A stretch of 55,328 bases of DNA, filler included, from Sphacelaria rigidula (GCA_964200075.2; 4 parts of 4 records of this genome joined end to end with filler, not necessarily neighbours in it), one strand, 5' to 3'. Counted from the first letter of the whole stretch, positions 32,200-44,703 are shown. Made by a program: numbers and translations. The notes: generated by a model not told the origin, from the letters alone.

Positions 32200-32460
32200 G
32201 ATACCAAAAAATGAAGTAACTCATCGGAAGCTGTCATCCATATGCGAGATAACTGGTACGCTTCGGGCCGAACATTTTTTTCAGGATGCAGCTCAACCTT
32301 CATGCGACTCGCCGGACACGTCACGGCGCTTCGCGCTTGGTGATTGATTGCGAGCCTGGTCCGGCGAAAACCCGGTGTGCTCCGTTCCAGCTTTGTAGGG
32401 ATGCGAGGTCAATGGTCTCATGACTGCAGCGTGCAAGATCATGCGCACCCCCTCCCCCAC
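32200..32460 (-). repeat. Interspersed repeat; empty-site counterpart of 42890-43330
   Basis: Reverse complement aligns to 42890-42925 plus 43111-43330, and to 13861-13895. Confidence 0.8.
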
Positions 32461-32729
32461 CCCCACTGTAAGAGCTGTTCCCCGGCCTCCAATTGACCCC
32501 TTGATGTAACCTGAATGATCAGCCCTCGATCTGAGACCCTTTTTTCGATGAACGGCAAACTGGCTTCATGCCCAACTTGACACTCCCCTGGAAACACGAA
32601 TGGTCGATTTGAGAAGCCTTTGTCGACGATTTAGGAACCCACAAACTCTTCCGGTGGAAATCCTGGGAAATCAGTCGGTAACATTACACCGAAAGGAGGC
32701 TCTCAGTCTACGGGTTTCACACCTGGACA

Positions 32730-32950
32730 GACCATGAGCTACACCACCTATCGTGTACAGATAATGCTTGCAAAATATGTGTAGATGGGCTACCCTCCTA
32801 TAGCTCATCACGGGGACAAGTGAGCTAGCCCACTCAGCTCCCGACAGCTCACTTCGGGCAAAAATGTGCAGATGAACTATCCTCTTATAGCTGAAGCTTT
32901 GAAAATATGTGCAGCTCATGCAGCTCCTACAGCTTACTCTTGGCAAAATT
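32730..32950. repeat. AGCT-rich ~42-bp array
   Basis: GATGGGCTACCCTCCTATAGCTCA and ATATGTGCAGCTCATGCAGCTCCTACAGCT units. Confidence 0.75.
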
Positions 32951-33413
32951 ATGTATTCTTGATGATTTCCTTCAGCGCCGGGCCTCGTTTCGGTACAAGT
33001 ATCGGTTATCTCGTTTGGCAGTCCCGTGGGACATGTGCAACCATGTACTGCACTACGGTAGAGAAGACTTGACCAACGTGTAGCACAGGCAGTACAGAAA
33101 TGTCTATACTGCCTGCATACCGTAGGACGTAAAACAAGTGAGCAACGTCAGCACGAACAGTGCAGTACTCGTTGTCCTTACTGAACACAGTAGGACGTGA
33201 AACAGATTTGAGCTACGTGCAATACAGGCAGCCCAGTACTGTCTGCACTGTGTACAGTAGGATGGATTGCGTCGCTCGTAGAGTCGACAATTATATAAGG
33301 ATTATGCGTCGCTTGCTGCTCGCTTCCAGCCTAATCTACGGCCGAAACACAGCTGAAGCTGCTGCCCCAGGTTGCGGGCAGGCTAAGCGTGTTATGTGGT
33401 GTTGTTTAGTGTG

Positions 33414-34960
33414 CCGGTGTCGTTCCTTTTCGATAATATGGAGTCGGTGCTTTTTAAGGTTAGGCGTGAAGAAAATCCGAACCTCGCTTGTGATGACGCC
33501 GAAACTTAGAGGACGTGTTAATTGGCACTACAGCAAGGTCTCACAGTCGCAGCCGCGGCGGCGCAAGGCGGTGAGGGCCCGGTCTGCATTGAAACGGCAA
33601 GTACCAGGCTCACCATTACTTTTGTCACTTAGCACTTGCTGTCTGATGACGATTGTACTGAGTACGGGATCGGTCGAGCTCGCGGGCCGGAACGCATCCT
33701 GTCGACGTTATCGTCCATCTTCACCCAGTTAGGGACGAAAACTCGAAGAAACCACGCAAAGAAGCAGCATCTAGGCCCCCTCATTTACATTAGGGGACTG
33801 AATATTTCCCATCCGAAAGGATCGACATGTCAAGGTTAAGCTTCTCTCGCGCGACCACTGCGTGCCGCCACGGACCCTTGCCAGCGCACCCGACAAGGGG
33901 GCAACATACCCGTACAGAAAGTAGCAATGCTAGCGTATCTGAAGTGCTTACAGTCGGGGGGCCAGGAAGGTGGTTATAGTAGTGTTCTTCTAGCAACATC
34001 AACTTTCAGTGCCCTGGCGCAGAGTTTGCATGTGAATATTCTGGCGATTGCCCCACTTGCACTTTGCCCATATATTGCGGATTTTTACAAGATCTCATCG
34101 CGCCAATTTCTATGTGAAATGTACTACGCCCTTTGCAAAGATTTCGTCAGCACGTACATAATGTTAAAAGTGTACCGCGCACAGTATGGAACATATTGCT
34201 TGCTGTATTTTGTGAAATACTCGTACTTGTAGTCGGCAACTGCACCCTATATATAAATACCAGCGGGTAGGAATATTCAAAATGTGAAATGCCACAAGCG
34301 GATTTCGCGCCATAGCGGCTGTTATTACGCAGCTTCGCCTGAGATACGGGCTGCCCCTTCAGCGACGGAGGTGGTCTTTCACTGCTGCGTGCGCCACCTG
34401 GGGCAAACGCACGCTTAGCTGCAAGACGGGCAGCTGTACAAAAATATGGCGTAGCGTATTGTCTACCCTTTTCCCAAAAAATAATATTCCATGCCAAAAA
34501 TAATCATCCAACCCCACTCCCAACCCACAAATAAAAACTATATCCCAGCAAACATTAATGAATTACAATACACATCATTCATGAATTAATCAAAGGTTGT
34601 GTGGCGCGTCGCGAGGGGTGATACCGTAATATCCCACGTACACGTTGGCCGCAGCACAAGCGTCTGCGTTCATGTCGTCGCAAACTGAATAAGACAGCGC
34701 GGAATCAATTCTGCACAGGGATAGGCTAAGGATGTAACATTCTGTGGTGTGCTGTCAACCTGCACCCTGCCGCTGTACAGTGAGCAGGTAGTACCCCCCA
34801 AGACGTCACTGCCGCGGTTGGTACGCAGCAGCAAACACAGACAGCAAGCAGTAAATTGGTATATTCGTATACTACAACTGTATATATGCGTTTCAAGAGG
34901 GATGTACACGGGGTGGGGCCCGCATCTGGAGAAACCTGCACCAACTTCACGTTTACAAAT
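33414..34960. mobile_element. Second, truncated copy of the 10617-12288 TIR element
   Basis: Begins CCGGTGTCGTTCCTTTTCGATAATATGGAGTCGGT; colinear blocks GAAAATCCG..ATGACGCCGAAACTT, CAGCATCTAGGCCCC, TTTCGCGCCATAGCGGCTGT, AGTGAGCAGGTAGTACC; right TIR not found. Confidence 0.85.
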
Positions 34961-35589
34961 CAAAGAGGAATATTCAGAACAGAAAACAAGATCGATCTCA
35001 TATCATATGACATACAGCAGTACAGGTATCTCAAACTGGAGGTTTCTGACATTTGTAAATTACTGTTTCATCTACGGGGAATCTAGAGTTTGGGATACCT
35101 CTAGCAATACGCTACGCAAATTTATTAACTCTTTCGGAACCGGGCCTCCAGAACGACCAATGGGGCTGGTTAGGAATGAATGACGTGTCCGGCGTCTGCA
35201 CGAAACAGACAGTGGCGTGTGAAAACCCGTGTATGTAGCCGCAGGGTTATGACGAAGACCGAATTTTTCATCCAATATATCTTCAGGTGCAGGGTGCGCA
35301 TTAAATAGTGTACATCTGATGCAGCAAGCAGTATGGATCGCGGTAGAGAGCTATCAACAGTATGCAGCGACCGGCGGCCCCACCAGTTGTGGCTTTGGAT
35401 GATACTTTTGTCCTCATCACCTTGCCACACAGCTCTTTGCGGTCGGGGTGGGCCGCCATTTCCCTCTTGTTGCATGCGGCATGTTCTCTTCGAAGGGTAT
35501 CGGCGTTGCGGCGCGCATGCATATAGTATAGTACGGTACAGTGTAGTACGCCTCCCCGATCGCCGTCGCAGCTGCAGCAGCATACTCAC

Positions 35590-35680
35590 GCGCACGTTTT
35601 GGGCAGTTTTCAGCTCCCGAGATCAACTGCCTACATACAGCTTCTTCATCCCCATCCACTACATACTTCTTTAATGCACA
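35590..35680 (-). CDS. Candidate internal exon (CALKKYVVDGDEEAVCRQLISGAENCPKRA), possibly of the GRK gene
   Basis: TTGCAG acceptor, GTGAGT donor, open frame; same strand and downstream of GRK exons; no recognised motif. Confidence 0.3.
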
Positions 35681-36452
35681 CTGCAAGTCATTGGCAGAGG
35701 GATAAGCAAAAGTCATGACGGTAGTTCCTTTTGTCTTTCCACGGCCCACCTGGGTCTAGTACCTCGTGAAAATGACCACATTGTGGCATGTACACTCCTT
35801 CCCAGTTTTTTCCGCTCCACCCTGTGTGTTATTAGTATGTTTTAGTGTAGAATTGTTACAAAAAAAACTCCGGAAAACCTCGGGAATGCTATACTGAATG
35901 TAAGTAATACCATAAAACCAAGTTCGGACCACCCTGCACTTGGAAACCTGGGAAGGCCATCTGGGCCAGGGATAGAGCCCCCACACGATCTTTGCAGTGG
36001 CATCACAATCGCTGATAATCCCCCAGCTGGTCGTTCGGGTCTGGTCGATAATTTCGCCTCGCCGAAGAGTTTTGTAAAATTATTTCATCAACACAGGGTC
36101 AAGCCTGTGTTAGAGCGGGGGTCTGTCCCAAAAGGGTTAATAGTAATAGTTGTTCATGACATCGTTCGGGTACGTGGTGTGTTTTACGTGCGTGCGAGGA
36201 CTTAGATCATGTCATTGTATTCAGCTCGTGAGCAAGCTCATCTGTCCTATTCCAGCGTAAGCTCAAGCTTTGCAGTCTTGCGCCAAAAATTAAAAAATAA
36301 AGTCAAATGTATGCCGATTTTCGCGTACAGGACTCATCATATAAAGTATCAGCTTAGAGGATCCCGAAAGTAGGTATAATTCACACGAGCCAGGAGCTCC
36401 TTGGGAAGGGCCTACGGCCCAAGACTCGGCATATCCGAAAAGCTATGTTTAA

Positions 36453-36551
36453 CCCTTAGACCGCGAGATTAATCTTCTGTTAAATCGGCGTCAATTTCAA
36501 GTGAAAAAAAAGTATGCATGATCCAGAAAGACTAATCTCGCGGTCCAAGGG
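36453..36551. mobile_element. 99-bp piggyBac-type MITE
   Basis: TTAA|CCCTTAGACCGCGAGATTA ... TAATCTCGCGGTCCAAGGG|TTAA (18/19 TIR match). Confidence 0.9.
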
Positions 36552-37549
36552 TTAAGGACGGATCGTTGGCGCAAGTTGTGGGCTGAAAACGAGACCATGT
36601 CTCGCGTTTGGTGGTGTGCATGGTGTTGCTCTGTAGGGGTGCCATGGTGCGCCGATAGTTGGCGGTCACGGTTTGCGTTCCCACCCGTCACCACGCCTAG
36701 GGTGTAGTATGTGGACTGTGCAATCCGTCTGAAGAAGCAGCATCTCAAATGCTTTCAGCACAAATGAGAAGGGCATGATCGTTTGCATGCATGCCTGGCG
36801 GCGCAGCTGGTGGCTTTCAAAGTTGAAAACTCTGTCTCGACCATGATAAAGTGCACTGCAGTATAACTGCTGATGCAATGTACTGTCTGCACTGCATTTG
36901 ACGGTGCCGTAATACTGCGCAACCGCATCTCGTGTTTACTTGGATACTTCCCTGCGGTAAACTCCCAATGTTCAGAGTTGTGGATTTCTCGCCTGCGCCT
37001 TCGCGTTCCTTCATGAAACATTGCGCACGAGTTGGGCACAACACAGGCAACATATGCGCCAAGCGTCCGCACGATTGGGCCCCGCACAAATTACTGACAC
37101 GACCAAAGGCAATTTCGGGGAGTGCCGTCGATGCGCCCTCAAAGCGGATCTCCCGCAGTCCAGACTTCGTGCACTAGAGATTAATGCGTACATGCACGCG
37201 CACATCCACTAACTTCGACATCTTAAGCGGCTGGGCGGCCGATATTGTAGCAAACTGACACCGGTGACCCTTTCTGGATCATGACCATCGGTAGTGTACC
37301 GATCGGCATTTTGCCTGCAGAGGTGCGCCCTTCATGACGCACGGCCCTTGGCGCGCTGTAGACGCTGAAAGGTGCTGTAATACGGTTATATGTAATGAGA
37401 ACCACAGTCAACAGTTCGACATCACCATCTCTCGTGCTGTGCGTCGCAGCAGTGCGCACAACGGGGGAAATCGGTCAAATTCTATTTTAAAAAAATGTTT
37501 TTTTCTTTTGGCGCAACCCTATTTGAAAACATGTGCAGATGCGCGACCT

Positions 37550-37860
37550 TAATAGCTCAAGTTTTGAGATCATGATCATGTGCAGATGAGCTACCCTCCT
37601 GTAGCTCAAGGTGCGGGAAACATGTGCTACTCTGTAGCTCCTGCAGCTCATCCCGGGGATGGATGAGCTAGCTCGTGTAGTTTTCTACAGCTAGCTCACT
37701 CTGGGCAATTATGTGCTCATGAGCTACCTTCCTGTATCAAACCGGGGAAAAGTGTGCATCTCACGTAGCTCACGTAGCTAATAGCTCACCGGCAAGCAAT
37801 CCTCGAAAAGATCAAGCTCGAGCTATGGTCTGCATATCTGTCTCGCGCGTGAAGGGTTAA
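37550..37860. repeat. AGCT-rich ~42-bp array ending at a piggyBac-like terminus
   Basis: Array followed by CGCGCGTGAAGGG|TTAA. Confidence 0.7.
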
Positions 37861-38299
37861 TATCAAAAAGGACATCTCGGACCCGGTTTCTCCATCGGAT
37901 TTCCTGTCCGAACCATGTAGTACTTCCTAGTTTAACCATTATATTTATGGGCTCCACGAGACATCAGCGGGGGCGAGCGCGGGAGTACCCTTGGTATCAT
38001 GTTACACGGGACAAACATCAAGATGCGAGCAGCAGCGGTCGACTGCCGTCAGCTGCTGCCCAGTAATGGCATAATATTCATATATTTCCCGTACCGCAAC
38101 GTTCCAACGAAGCGGCGAACTTGCGGGAGCAAATAAGGGTTGACAGAAACCAGTTCAAATATTACATCGAAGCCGCCGCCGGCCAGGGCGAACATCAACG
38201 AGCGCGGAACCTTCACGTCCGCGTGTCTTACAGGACTGCGAATACCCCAGCTTATCACCGATCACCGACCATCACTAAGTAGCGATAAACAAGACCCAC

Positions 38300-38386
38300 C
38301 TCTTCCTCCGTAAAATCGATATCGACCAAGAACTTCCGAATCATCCGCTGGGCAAACTTTTCTCGCTGACCTGCCGTTCGCAACCG
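38300..38386 (-). CDS. GRK: GRK coding exon 3 (RGS-homology domain)
   Basis: GTGCAG|RLRTAGQREKFAQRMIRKFLVDIDFTEEE|GTGGGT, 87 nt, phase 0/0; resembles GRK2 KLETEEERVARSREIFDSYI. Confidence 0.75.
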
Positions 38387-39307
38387 CTGCACGGACAAGT
38401 GGCAGAGAGCACCGCGGAGTTACATCGATACATCGTTTGAAGGGGTTCAAGAATAGAACTTGAGCTCAAGTACTGGAGCTGAAGCATATATCCTGAAGCA
38501 ACTACGCCGGAGCGCGTGGACACAGCGACACACACATAGCGGAAACGTTATAATACAGGGTTGCACTTTTCAAACAGAGCGACCCGCATCTCTGTCACGG
38601 ATGCTACACAAGTAGAGGCAAGCTCCGGGAAGACTTCGGATGTGTTCATACGATAATAGTAATAGCATGAGGAACATCTGTGCAGCGGAACCATCAAGTG
38701 CAAACAGAAACAGTAGTTAATACGTGTAAGATCCGTTACACAATTTCACGTGGTCGATCATGAGGGCAACAACCCAGCTAGGCTGATTCGTTCATAAATA
38801 CATGAGGCTTCGATGTAATCGAGGAAAAAAAATATAAGTCGCCTGGCCCGCGCTACTGACCGAATGAAATTTCGCGGTCTTGTACGAGTGCGGTAATGCG
38901 GTGTTACCTCTTTTACAACAGTCAACAACAGTTGGTATATAGAGCAGTTAAAACATACACTGGACAGATCACAAGCAGTGCAGAGAGTACTGTATAAAGT
39001 ATATTACAGTACAGCAGCTGACAAGTTCCAAGTAAAGCTGCTGTACAGACAACTAACTGCCTGTAGTACAGCACAGTACAGTACAGTACAGTAGTGCAAC
39101 AGTTGATGTACTTGACCGCAGGCAGTATGAGCGAGAGATGGCGTGAAAACGAACAGTCGAGGGAAATCGAAAATCGTCGCGCGCCGTCGCGCGAATGCCC
39201 AGGTGAGGCGAGCAATATATGGAACATAATACGCCCTCCTCAGTTTAAAAAAGATAAGAGAGAGGCATTGTCTACGCAACCCAAGCTATCACCCTATCGA
39301 TGCTTAC

Positions 39308-39379
39308 CCGATATCGGATGACGTCCTGCGTGAACTCGTACTTGCTGAGCTCGTTGCTCTCGGAACAAAATCTGCCGAA
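39308..39379 (-). CDS. GRK: GRK coding exon 2 (RGS-homology domain)
   Basis: TCACAG|FGRFCSESNELSKYEFTQDVIRYR|GTAAG, 72 nt, phase 0/0; resembles GRK2 FRDFC...VEFYEEIKKY. Confidence 0.85.
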
Positions 39380-39523
39380 CTGTGAAGGATGCAGGAAAGA
39401 CCAAAAAAGGGCATACACACAACAGAAGTTCGTTTGTCATTTTCTTTGATTTGACATTGCTGAGCTTGTTCCTTGTTAGCAAACCCGATCGCTTGGGAAA
39501 TAGCGAGTAGATGAAATACCCAC

Positions 39524-39724
39524 CAGATGTAATCCGAGGATCCCGCAGCAAATGTTCTCGAGGGAATAGAATTGTTCGTCTAGCTGGAGGCGCTCCGCGT
39601 TGAATTCCTCCAAAGCCTTTTCGCTCGGGAAAGGCCATGGCTCCGTCGGGCTTGGTCCGCTGTCCTTTGAGTTCACCGCTTGGAGATATTGCACGTCCTC
39701 GATCGCGTCCTGCAGCTCTTCCAT
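39524..39724 (-). CDS. GRK: G-protein-coupled receptor kinase, coding exon 1
   Basis: MEELQDAIEDVQYLQAV resembles the GRK2 N-terminal helix MADLEAVLADVSYLMAM; SLENICCGILGLHL resembles TFEKIFSQKLGYLL. In-frame stop upstream; GTGGGT donor, phase 0. Confidence 0.85.
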
Positions 39725-40287
39725 ACTCTACGGCACTTGCATCACACTCCGTTATATCTCCTTCTCGAACAGAACCCTGGGGATAAAAACAGGTGATACA
39801 GTGTAGTGGATGGGCAACACTCGCAGGGACGCTAGGCGGGCGGCAGCACAGAGCAACGCGAAGTTTTACGCTGACCTTGTTTTGGCCACATTGGTCTGAA
39901 AACGTGTCAATCGGACCCGTTGACACTCCCCTCACCACGAGTACCGTATGCCAGTATTTTCCCGCGGAGCATCTAACTCCTACGATCATGCAGCACCGCG
40001 ATCAATTTCGGCGTCACATGATGTACTTCAGGTGGACGGAAGGAATTTCTCACATGAAAACCTCCGTTAACTTGCACACGAACCCCTAGCGGTGCGTGTC
40101 CTCGTCCAAGCCGCCAGTCTTCCCCTCTTTCGTATAGTTGATACGGTAGCAACCAGCCTGATGCGGGGAAATATGGCGAAAACCCGCATTACAGGAGGGA
40201 CATGGAACATGGTGAGTTGCAGTGCGGTGTTCGTGCTCCTTGGTTCAAAATAGGACAAGGGAAGGGATATTGTAGTAGTGCCAAGAA

Positions 40288-40288
<1 letters not shown>

Positions 40289-40336
<48 letters not shown>
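40289..40336. repeat. (TG)24 microsatellite
   Basis: Directly visible. Confidence 0.99.
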
Positions 40337-40338
<2 letters not shown>

Positions 40339-40339
40339 A

Positions 40340-40720
40340 CGTACATCGTGGTGGCATGGCGCACACCTCCGGAAGCAAGGACACGCTGCGCCCCTGTCGA
40401 CTGTCACCATTACGGTGGAGAGAACGTGGGTTCGATTTCCGCCAGATGCGTTGGGTTTCTTCTAATTCTATGTCTGTAATACTGTACCGCCGTCGAAAGC
40501 ATGAGGACGTTGGTTAACAAGAGTGGTGGACTCAGTTGGTTGGACGAGACTTGACGCGTTGCAGTAGTGCTGACCTAATCCGCGAGGCCAAAATCCAAGG
40601 CATTTACCGTGGAGAGATTGGTTCAATCTTGATTCCTCAGACCATCGACTCGTCCCGAGGAAGGGAGGGGTTCTACATGCGATAAAAGGAGAAAGAACAC
40701 GCTGACCCCTGGCCGCCCCG
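40340..40720 (+). mobile_element. Two adjacent SINE-like heads
   Basis: B-box-like GGGTTCGATTTCC (~40430); second unit with A-box-like GGACTCAGTTGG (~40530) and GGTTCAATC (~40620). Confidence 0.45.
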
Positions 40721-41005
40721 AATTTTTGTCTGTCAATGTTTTCTCAATGCATGCAGTACAGCCCTGATTATAGTGAAGGCAACGTGTGAGATTCCTTAGT
40801 GTGTAAGGCACAAATGGCGTGCCTTCTTTTTAAGTGATGGGCCGTGATTGGGTGCTATGGGTGTGCGGAACAGGTGATCTCAGCCTGAATAGGATATAGT
40901 GACGGTGAATCTCCGAAAACAGTTACCCCGCCGTTTTGGGGTTGTGTTCTCGTAGATGCGCCGCAGTGTTTATACTCGGTGTGCACCTGGGCTTTAGCTT
41001 CGTAA

Positions 41006-41186
41006 GGCGGTATCTTATCGAATTGTTTTCGTGTCGAAAACGTGCGGTCGAATCGAATTCGCTCGTTTCTGATTGGTCCACGCTTCTAGTTTTCTCAGAC
41101 GGTTGAGACCATGAATGCCGTGGACGCGAGCAAATTCGATTCCACCGTACGTTTTCGAGTCAAAAACAAGTTGATAAGACACGGCC
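41006..41186. mobile_element. PIF/Harbinger-type MITE (family of 8324-8509)
   Basis: Same long TIRs; flanks TAA / AAA. Confidence 0.8.
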
Positions 41187-41199
41187 AAAGGTCGCTTAA

Positions 41200-41386
41200 C
41201 TCTTAGACAGCAAGAGTAGTTCATGTGTGGACTTGGCATCAATTTCACTTAAAAAAAGTGTGCATCATCCAGATAGACTACCCTCGCGGTATAAGAGTTG
41301 ACCTGCTGAATCGGCATCAATTTTCACTTGAAAAAGGATGCACGATCCAGATGGACTACCCGCACCGCCGTACCGCGGTCCAAGGG
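41200..41386. mobile_element. piggyBac-type MITE with internal duplication (family of 36453-36551)
   Basis: TTAA|CTCTTAGAC ... CCGCGGTCCAAGGG|TTAA; the GGCATCAATTT..ATCCAGAT.GACTACCC core is present twice. Another TTAA|CCCTTAGAC end starts at 41403. Confidence 0.8.
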
Positions 41387-41474
41387 TTAAGGTTTAGCTT
41401 AACCCTTAGACGACGAGCGTCGCCTCGGAACAGTTGTACAGGCGGACAGTCCCGAGGCATCCAGGGGTTTCCAG

Positions 41475-41574
41475 NNNNNNNNNNNNNNNNNNNNNNNNNN
41501 NNNNNNNNNNNNNNNNNNTTAATTAATTAANNNNNNNNNNNNNNNNNNNNNNNNNNNNNNNNNNNNNNNNNNNN
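41475..41574. other. Artificial contig linker
   Basis: N44-TTAATTAATTAA-N44. Confidence 0.99.
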
Positions 41575-42925
41575 AACATCGGGGTATAAGTGGACCCAAA
41601 AGGGCCAAAATGGGGTATATTTTGATATGATTTTAGTATTGAAAACAACTTTTTTTTTCTTTTTCTTTTTCTCAGTCAGCTTCGTCTGTACGTTATCTCT
41701 CTAACGAGCCCAACTGTAGCATGATCGTGAGCATTGTAATATCCACACGATTCAACGTCCATAACGATACAGACTTACGGGGCAGAGGAAGTATTTAGCA
41801 CACTGTCCTTTTATAAATACTATGGCTATGGGCTAGAGGAGTTAAACTCGTAGTTCAAACTGCAGCTGGAATGAAGGTGGAAGTGGCGACGAGGACGCCA
41901 ATTATTCAGTTTATTTGGGTTTCGCCGTTATCGGCTGTAGTTTCTATCAATTTCGTATGGCGGCAAAGACGCTTGTGCCATTAATAACAATTCTACTGTA
42001 CAATTAAACTGCACTCTACATCCGTATGAGCAATACACAATTTTCAACGCCACGTCCCATCACAGCCCTTGTTTTTGCGTCTTTTGATAATCGCCTGTAG
42101 ATCGACGGCTGGTCAGTCCAAGAAGGAAAAAAATCGAAGAGAGGCAAGGAACTATATTCATAATAATGGTTTATATACGGGGGGACGCTTGATGTAGAAC
42201 TGCCAAACGCCAAAACCCTATTGCCAATCACCAAGTGCGTGCGTGGTGCAAATCGTTCTGAACGTGATCCAGCACATGCTCATCACACCAAGTGGTGGAG
42301 CGGATACATGCCAAGGTTTGTCGTTTCATTGCACGAAAACAGAAGAAACAAGCGCTAACCCGCACGCAAAAATGAAGAAATACACCATGGCTTGCTGTTC
42401 AGGTTCATGCGTGTTTTTCTGTTCGGACGTGGAGAATTTTGCGCTCGTATCCCTACGTGCTGCCGGCCTTGGCTTACTTGTTCACACCCTCCACTCCTCA
42501 TTGAAAGTCTCTGCTGCTGCATACTACAGATATATGCTGTTCGAATCATACTGCCATCCAAGCCTCTTGGCTCCCGCATTTGAGGGCTCACGTGTTTGAC
42601 AGGTATGCACGATTTTTTAGGGTAAAACACGAAAAGTATCAGCGCGGGGGGGGGGGAACCATTGAAGCATTGAAGCTCGCGGCTTTGCCGTTCGCCGTCG
42701 ATGTTTTCCCAGTTTGCCGATTCACTGGAAAAACATCGGATAAACTGGAAAAACATCGATTAACTGGCCGCTAGCGTAGCCAGTAAAAACCTGACTGACC
42801 AGAGCCGCCAGTTCATGGGCTTAATTAATACCTCACCTACGCATGGCGGACAACATGTCTAGATTCACGTGAGGTAAAAGATCGAGGTGGGGGATGTACT
42901 CATGATCTTGCATGCCGCAGTCATT

Positions 42926-43110
42926 CTTTTTTTGTTATGCCTTAGTCTACTATGTCGTCCTGTTCGACTTGTGTTTCTCCTTCTGTTCCTTCTTTTCTTC
43001 AGCGAGTGTTTTAAGTTTTTTTTTTTTTGGGTACGTCTATCATGAGACCACGGGTGGAACCCTGGGCGGTCGGTTAAAGTGCGACAACCAATCCATCAAA
43101 TCAATCAATG
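42926..43110 (+). mobile_element. 5'-truncated non-LTR retroelement 3' end with AATC tail and 7-bp TSD
   Basis: Flanked by AGTCATT on both sides; the empty site is visible in the paralogous repeat at ~32400-32450. Confidence 0.85.
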
Positions 43111-44703
43111 AGTCATTGGACTATTGGCCTCGCATCGCGACGAAGCCGGGACGGAGCACGCCGCGTCTTCGCCGGATCAGGGTCGCAATCATCAAGTGCG
43201 AAGCGCCGTGATGTGTCCGGCGAGTCGCATGAGGAGTGAGCCGCATCCTGTTACGATTGTTCGCCCGAAGCCTATCGATTATCTTGCATTTGGATGACAG
43301 CCTCTGATGACTTGAATTATTTTCTGGTACCGCCACTTCCAGAGACAGCCACGTCTTTCACACTGCCTCATGGGTGTGTCACCATTTGAACGGTGAATTG
43401 GGTGAAGGCTCGGCACGTGCCCTGGTTTTGGCGGGGGGAAATTCTCCGACTTCTCATTCGTAGATGCCGGTGCGGACTTCGATGCAAAGTTGAGGATTGA
43501 AGCGTAGCGCAATCTGATGTTTCACCGATCGGGATTGAATTATATTAATCGGAAAGGGATAGTTCGGAGATCAATCGTGTGGGCGGGGGGAAGACATGTA
43601 GACGTTAACTTTGGGGAAGACGTGTGGGCAATCTTTACGGCGATTCAGCAGGATATTAAATAATAACACTGCATGCGGTTAGGATCGATCTGTCGGTGAA
43701 TCACCGTTTTGCAAGGCCAGTGAAGGTCAGAGCCGGCAGAAGGAGTATCCCTCCAACGGTAACGTGCACGCATTAAAATACCATTGATATGGGCGATTTC
43801 GTTGTATTCATGAGTGGGTGATGGGAGATGTGTTCGTTGTGCCTGTGCTCGTGTACATTACATGGCACTTTTTAATGTTTCAGGCGTCTGAATTGGTTAT
43901 ATGCAGGGAGTGGAATTACCGGCACACACACGCACACATAGACGTACCAGGATTTCAGTTTTTGTCCCAAACGGATAGTTATCGCCTTTAAGCGCGACGG
44001 AATTTAACCTCGCGACCTCAACGACTGGCAAGTAGCCAACACTGTCGGGACCCACAAGCGAGACCAAAGAGCGCTTAGGGGCAGTGTTGTCAATAGCGCG
44101 CTTTTCGAAAACCCAGTGAAGAACGAAATCCGACAAAAAAGATGATTTGTTTGACACCTGTAGAGGAGGGTTTGGAGCCATCACTGCTTGTTCCCTTCGA
44201 GGCGTGAAGGTTTTCTCGGGAAAATATGGCCCGTTCTCAGGTTGGTTATTAGCATTAGTTTGAAAGTATAATCAAGATAAGGAAATCATCAGATACTTGA
44301 CGCAAAGTCCCAAGGCCCAAAACAACACTACTGTAGACCCTGAAAATCCGGGCAAGTGCGTGTGTGTAGGGATACGATTTCGAATTCTCCGATGCATCTT
44401 AGTCGTACGTTTTCCCGATCCCGGGGTCATGTAATGTGACGTTGTGAATGATGCGGAGCAACGTTAGTTGTCACGCATTCCCGTTCGGTAGACGTTCTGC
44501 GGTCGATCTGTGGCATATCTCGCTCAAAAAATTGAAAACAAGGACTGCAGGTGATCTGATTGTCGGCGGTACCTTCATGCCTTCGAACCACGTTCTGCGC
44601 GCCATCTGCACGGAGCCCTTCAATCTGCAGCCGGGATCATAGCCCAAACCTGATGCTGTTCCGCTGCCTGTTTACTGTGCTTTGTCTGCGTATTTTGGGA
44701 CAG

